Positions 59,001-64,000 of a DNA stretch of 64,000 bases are shown piece after piece; positions within the stretch are counted from its first letter, which is position 1; every line of letters begins with the position of its first letter. This DNA is from the human T2T-CHM13v2.0 reference genome, Homo sapiens, in the NCBI RefSeq assembly GCF_009914755.1, contig NC_060925.1, one strand, 5' to 3'. The notes under the pieces were generated by a model. It saw only the letters and a program-made list of their open reading frames with translations. It was not told the DNA's origin and ran no database searches. A program made the translations under genes and the position numbers.

Positions 59001-62000
59001 ATCATCGGATGGAAACGAATGGAATAATCATCGAATGGAAATGAAAGGAGTCATCATCTAATGGAATTGCATGGAATCATCATAAAATGGAATCGAATGG
59101 AATCAACATCAAATGGAATCAAATGCAATCATTGAACGGAATTTAATGGAATCGTCATCGAAAGAATTGAATGTAATCATCGAATGGTCTCGAATGGAAT
59201 CATCTTCAAATGGAATGGAATGGAATCATCGCATAGAATCGAATGGAATTATCATCGAATGGAATCGAATGGTATCAACATCAAAAGGAAAAAAACGGAA
59301 TTATCGAATGGAATTGAAGAGAATCATCGAACGGACCCGAATGGAATCATCTAATGGAATGGAATGGAATAATCCATGGACCCGAATGTAATCATCATCG
59401 AATGGAATCGAATGGAATCATCGAATGGACTCGAATGGAATAATCATTGAACGGAATCGAATGGAATCATCATCACATGGAAACGAATGGAATCATCATG
59501 GAATGGAAATGAAAGGAGTCATCATCTAATGGAATTGCATGGAATCATCATCAAATGGAATCGAATGGAATCAACATCAAATAGAATCAAATGGAATCAT
59601 TGAACGGAATTGAATGGAATCGTAATCGAATGAATTGAATGCAATCATCGAATGGTCTCGAATGGAATCATCTTCAAATGAAATGGAATGGAATCATCGC
59701 ATAGAATCGAATGGAATTATCATCGAATGGAATCAAATGTTATCAACATCAAATGGAAAAAAACGGAATTATCGTATGGAATCGAAGAGAATCATCGAAT
59801 GGACCCGAATGGAGTCATCTAATGGAATGGAATGGAATAATCCATGGACTCGAATGCAATCATCATCGAATGGAATCGAATGGAATCATCGAATGGACTC
59901 GAATGGAATAATCATTGAACGGAATCGAATGGAATCATCATCGGATGGAAACGAACGGAATCATCATCGAATGGAATCGAATAGAATTATGGAATGAAAT
60001 CCAGTGTGATCATCATCGAATGGACCCGAATGGAATCATCATCCAACGGAAGCTAATGGAATCAACATCGAATGAATCGAATGGAAACACCATCGAATTG
60101 AAACGAATGGAATTATCATGAAATTGAAATGGATGGACTCATCATCGAATGGATTCGAATGGAATCATCGAATAAAATTGATTGAAATCATCATCAAATG
60201 GAATCGAATGGTATCATTGAATGGAATCGAATGGAATCATCATCAGATGGAAATGAATGGAATCGTCATAGAATGGAATCGAATGGATTCATTGAATGGA
60301 ATCAGATGGAATCATCGAATGGACTGGAATGGAATCATTGAATGGACTCGAAAGGGATCATTATTGAATGGAATTGAATGGAATCATCGAATGGTCTCGA
60401 TTGGAATCATTATCAAATGGAATCGAATGGAATCACCGAATAGAATCGAATGGAACAATCATCGAATGGACTCAAATGGAATTATCCTCAAATGGAATCG
60501 AATGGAATTATCGAATGCAATCGAATGGAATTATCGAATGCAATCGAATAGAATCATCGAATGGACTCGAATGGAATCATCGAATGGAATGGAATGGAAC
60601 AGTCAATGAACTCGAATGGAATCATCATTGAATGGAATCGAATGGAATCATCGAGTGGAATCGAATGGAATTATGATCAAATGGAATCGAATGTAATCAT
60701 CATCAAATGGAATCAAAAATAACCATCATCAATTGGTATTGAATGGAATTGTCATCAAATGGAATTCAAAGGAATCATCATCAAATGGAACCGAATGGAA
60801 TCCTCATTGAATGGAAATGAAAGGGGTCATCATCTAATGGAATCACATGGAATCATCATCAAATGGAATCGAATGGAATCATCATCAAATGGAATCTGAT
60901 GGAATCATTGAACAGAATTGAATGGAATCGTCATCGAAAGAATTGAATGCAATCATCGAATGGTCTCGAAAGGAATCGTCTTCTAATGGAAAGGAATGGA
61001 ATCATCGCATAGAATCGAATGGAATTATCATCGAATGGAATCGAATGGTATCAACATCAAACGGAAAAAAACGGAATTATCGAATGGAATCGAAGAGAAT
61101 CTTCGAACGGACCCGAATGGAATCATCTAATGGAATGGAATGGAATAACCATGGACTGGAAGGCAATGATCATCGAATGGAATCGAATGGAATCATCGAA
61201 TGGACTCGAATGGAATAATCATTGAACGGAATCGAATGGAATCATCATCGGATGGAAACGAATGGAATCATCATCGAATGGAAATGAAAGGAGTCATCAT
61301 CTAATGGAAATGAATGGAATCATCATAAAATGGAATCGAATGGATTCAACATCAAATGGAATCAAATGGAATCATTGAACGGAATTGAATGCAATCGTCA
61401 TCGAATGAATTGAATGCAATCATCAAATGGTCTCGAATGGAATCATCTTCAAATGGAATGGAATGGAATCATCGCATAGAATCGAATGGAATTATCATCG
61501 AATGGAATCGAATGGAATCAACATCAAACGGAAAAAAACGGAATTATGGAATGGAATAAAAGAGAATCATCGAACGGACACGAATGGAATCATCTAATGG
61601 AATGGAATGGAATAATCCATGGAATCGAATGCAATCATCATCGAATGGAATCGAATGGAATCATCGAATGGACTCGAATGGAATAATCATTGAACGGAAT
61701 CGAATGGAATCATCATCGGATGGAAATGAATGGAATCATCATCGAATGGAATCGAATAGAATTATGGAATGAAATCCAGTGTGATCATCATCGAATGGAC
61801 CCGAATGGAATCATCATCCAATGGAAGCTAATGGAATCAATATCGAATGAATCTAACAGAAACACCATCGAATTGAAATGAATGGAATTATCATGAAATT
61901 GTAATGGATGGACTCATCATCGAATGGATTCGAATGGAATCATCGAATAAAATTGATTGAAATCATCATCAAATGGAATCAAATGGTATCATTGAATGGA

Positions 62001-64000
62001 ATCGAATGAAATCGTCATCAGATGGAAATGAATGGAATCGTCATAGAATGGAATCGAATGGATTCATTGAATGGAATCAGATGGAATCATCGAATGGACT
62101 GGAATGGAATCATTGAATGGACTTGAAAGATATCATTATTGAATGGAATTGAATGGAATCATCGAATGGTCTCGATTGGAATCATTATCAAATGGAATCG
62201 AATGGAATCACCGAATAGAATCGAATGGAACAATCATCGAATGGACTCAAATGGAATTATCCTCAAATGGAATTGAATGGAATTATCGAATGCAATCCCA
62301 TGGAATTATCGAATGCAATCGAATAGAATCATCGAATGGACTCGAATGGAATCATCGAATGGAATGGAATGGAACAGTCAATGAACACGATGGAATCATC
62401 ATTGAATGGAATCAAATGGAATCATCGAGTGGAATCGAATGGAATTATGATCCAATGGAATCGAATGTAATCATCATCAAATGGAATCAAAAATAACCAT
62501 CATCAATTGGTATTGAATGGAATTGTCATCAAGTGGAATTCAAAGGAATCATAATCAAATGGAACCGAATGGAATCCTCATTGAATGGAAATGAAAGGGG
62601 TCATCATCTAATGGAATCGCATGGAATCATCATCAAATGGAATCGAATGGAATTATCATCAAATGGAATCTAATGGAATCATTGAACAGAATTGAATGGA
62701 ATCATCATCGAATGAATTGAATGCAATCATCGAATGGTCTCGAATGGAATCATCTTCTAATGGAAAGGAATGGAATCATCACATAGAATCGAATGGAATT
62801 AACATTGAATGGACTCGAATGGAATCAACATCAAACGGAATCAAGCGGAATTATCGAATGGAATCGAAGAGAATCATCGAATGGACTCGAATGGAATCAT
62901 CTAATGGAATGGAATGGAATAATCCCCGGACTCGAAAGCAATCATCATCGTATAGAATCGAGTGGAATCATCGAATGGACTCGAATGGAATAATCATTGA
63001 ATGGAATCGAATGGAATCATCATCGGATGGATACGAATGGAATCATCATCGAATGGAAATGAAAGGATTCATCATCTAATGGAATTGCATGGAATCATCA
63101 TAAAATGGAATCGAATGGAATCAACATCAAATGGAATCAAATGGAATCATTGAACGGAATTGAATGGAATCGTCATCGAATGAATTGAATGCAATCATCG
63201 AATGGTCTCAAATGGAATCATCTTCAAATGGAATGGAATGGAATCATCGCATAGAATCGAATGGAATTATCATGGAATGGAATCGAATGGTATCAACATC
63301 AAATGGAAAAAAACGGAATTATCGAATGGAATCGAAGAGAATCATCGAACGGACCCGAATGGAATCATCTAATGGAATGGAATGGAATAATCCATGGACT
63401 CGAATGCAATCATCATCGAATGGAATCGAATGGAATCATCGAATGGACTCGAATGGAATAATCATTGAACGGAATCGAATGGAATCATCATCGGATGGAA
63501 ATGAATGGAATCATCATCGAATGGAATCGAATAGAATTATGGAATGAAATCCAGTGTGATCATCATCGAATGGACCCGAATGGAATCATCATCCAACGGA
63601 AGCTAATGGAATCAACATCGAATGAATCGAATGGAAACACCATCGAATTGAAACGAATGGAATTATCATGAAATTGAAATGGATGGACTCATCATCGAAT
63701 GGATTCGAATGGAATCATCGAATAAAATTGATTGAAATCATCATCGAATGGAATCGAATGGTATCATTGAATGGAATCGAATGGAATCATCATCAGATGG
63801 AAATGAATGGAATCGTCATAGAATGGAATCGAATGGATTCATTGAATGGAATCAGATGGAATCATCGAATGGACTGGAATGGAATCATTGAATGGACTCG
63901 AAAGGGATCATTATTGAATGGAATTGAATGGAATCATCGAATGGTCTCGATTGGAATCATTATCAAATGGAATCGAATGGAATCACCGAATAGAATCGAA
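44030..64000 (+). repeat. Domain of two interleaved core haplotypes (X and Y) in 1,776/2,244 bp-class units
   Basis: X cores (GAATCTAACAGAAAC, CTTGAAAGATATC, GAACACG) are at landmarks 44529, 48535, 53854, 56098 and 61893. Y cores (CATTACCAAAT, GCACTCGAAT, GCATTCGAAT) are at 46294, 50311, 52078 and 57874. Confidence 0.85.

Larger units (their letters stand above)
1..64000 (+). repeat. Satellite II (HSat2/HSATII) tandem array, GGAAT strand on +, modal unit 1,776 bp; probably the chr1q12-type HSat2A2 (D1Z1) array
   Basis: Continuous diverged (GGAAT)n with ATCATCGAATGGAATCGAAT motifs and dense TCGA sites. The core landmark ATGAAATTGAAATGGATGGACTC (or a variant) recurs at 1211, 3157, 4933, 6240, 8163, 9939, 11715, 13491, 15267, 17511 ... 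63668, with modal spacing 1,776 bp. The family call is firm; the chromosome is inferred from the known 1.77 kb periodicity. Confidence 0.97.

Noticed and set aside
239-63671. Hundreds of 60-178 aa ORFs (MESSSNELNAIIEW..., MKLKWMD...), all on the + strand
   Set aside because: They are low-complexity translations of GAATG repeats, overlap in several frames and are freely broken by stops and frameshifts between copies. The strand bias arises because frequent TCA on + reads as TGA on the - strand. No recognisable domain is present.
1-64000. CRISPR-like or other repeat-spacer array
   Set aside because: There are no unique spacers; the intervening sequence is itself satellite, and there are no associated genes.
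1-64000. Inversion or embedded transposon/unique insertion
   Set aside because: Reading through, I saw no switch to the CATTC strand and no Alu, L1, poly-A tail or non-satellite block. A very short insertion could have been missed by eye.
1-64000. Satellite III, alpha satellite or telomeric repeat
   Set aside because: Perfect GGAAT runs are only about 3-4 copies long and the ATCATCGAAT/TCGA-rich pattern is HSat2-type. There is no 171 bp monomer, CENP-B box or TTAGGG array.

Overview
The whole 64 kb window is one uninterrupted, single-orientation array of classical satellite II (HSat2/HSATII), built from diverged GGAAT pentamers with the GGAATCATCATCGAATGGAATCGAAT signature. The modal unit is 1,776 bp with one conserved EcoRI site, matching the ~1.77 kb HSat2 of human chromosome 1q12 (D1Z1/pUC1.77, HSat2A2). 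That chromosome assignment is inferred from the period and was not verified. I found no genes, RNA genes, transposons, inversions or unique sequence; every listed ORF is a repeat-translation artefact. The real information is architectural. Each unit is an ~840 bp core plus 1, 2 or 3 copies of a 468 bp module (1,308/1,776/2,244 bp), and 34 core landmarks are visible. Units form three domains: A (1 to ~26.8 kb; an 18,076 bp ten-unit higher-order repeat with a nested 5,006 bp duplication), B (~28-42.5 kb; three-module ~2.24 kb units with a 2,243 bp near-triplication and a 4,481 bp dimer), and C (~44-64 kb; two core haplotypes in irregular order with 4.0, 5.8 and 7.6 kb periods). B and C are separated by a doubly deleted junction at 42.9-44.0 kb. 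I see no evidence for a new coding system. The most interesting observations are the nested higher-order structure, the recombination junctions and unit-specific gain or loss of DUX4-type motifs. All spacings were derived by hand from landmark coordinates.
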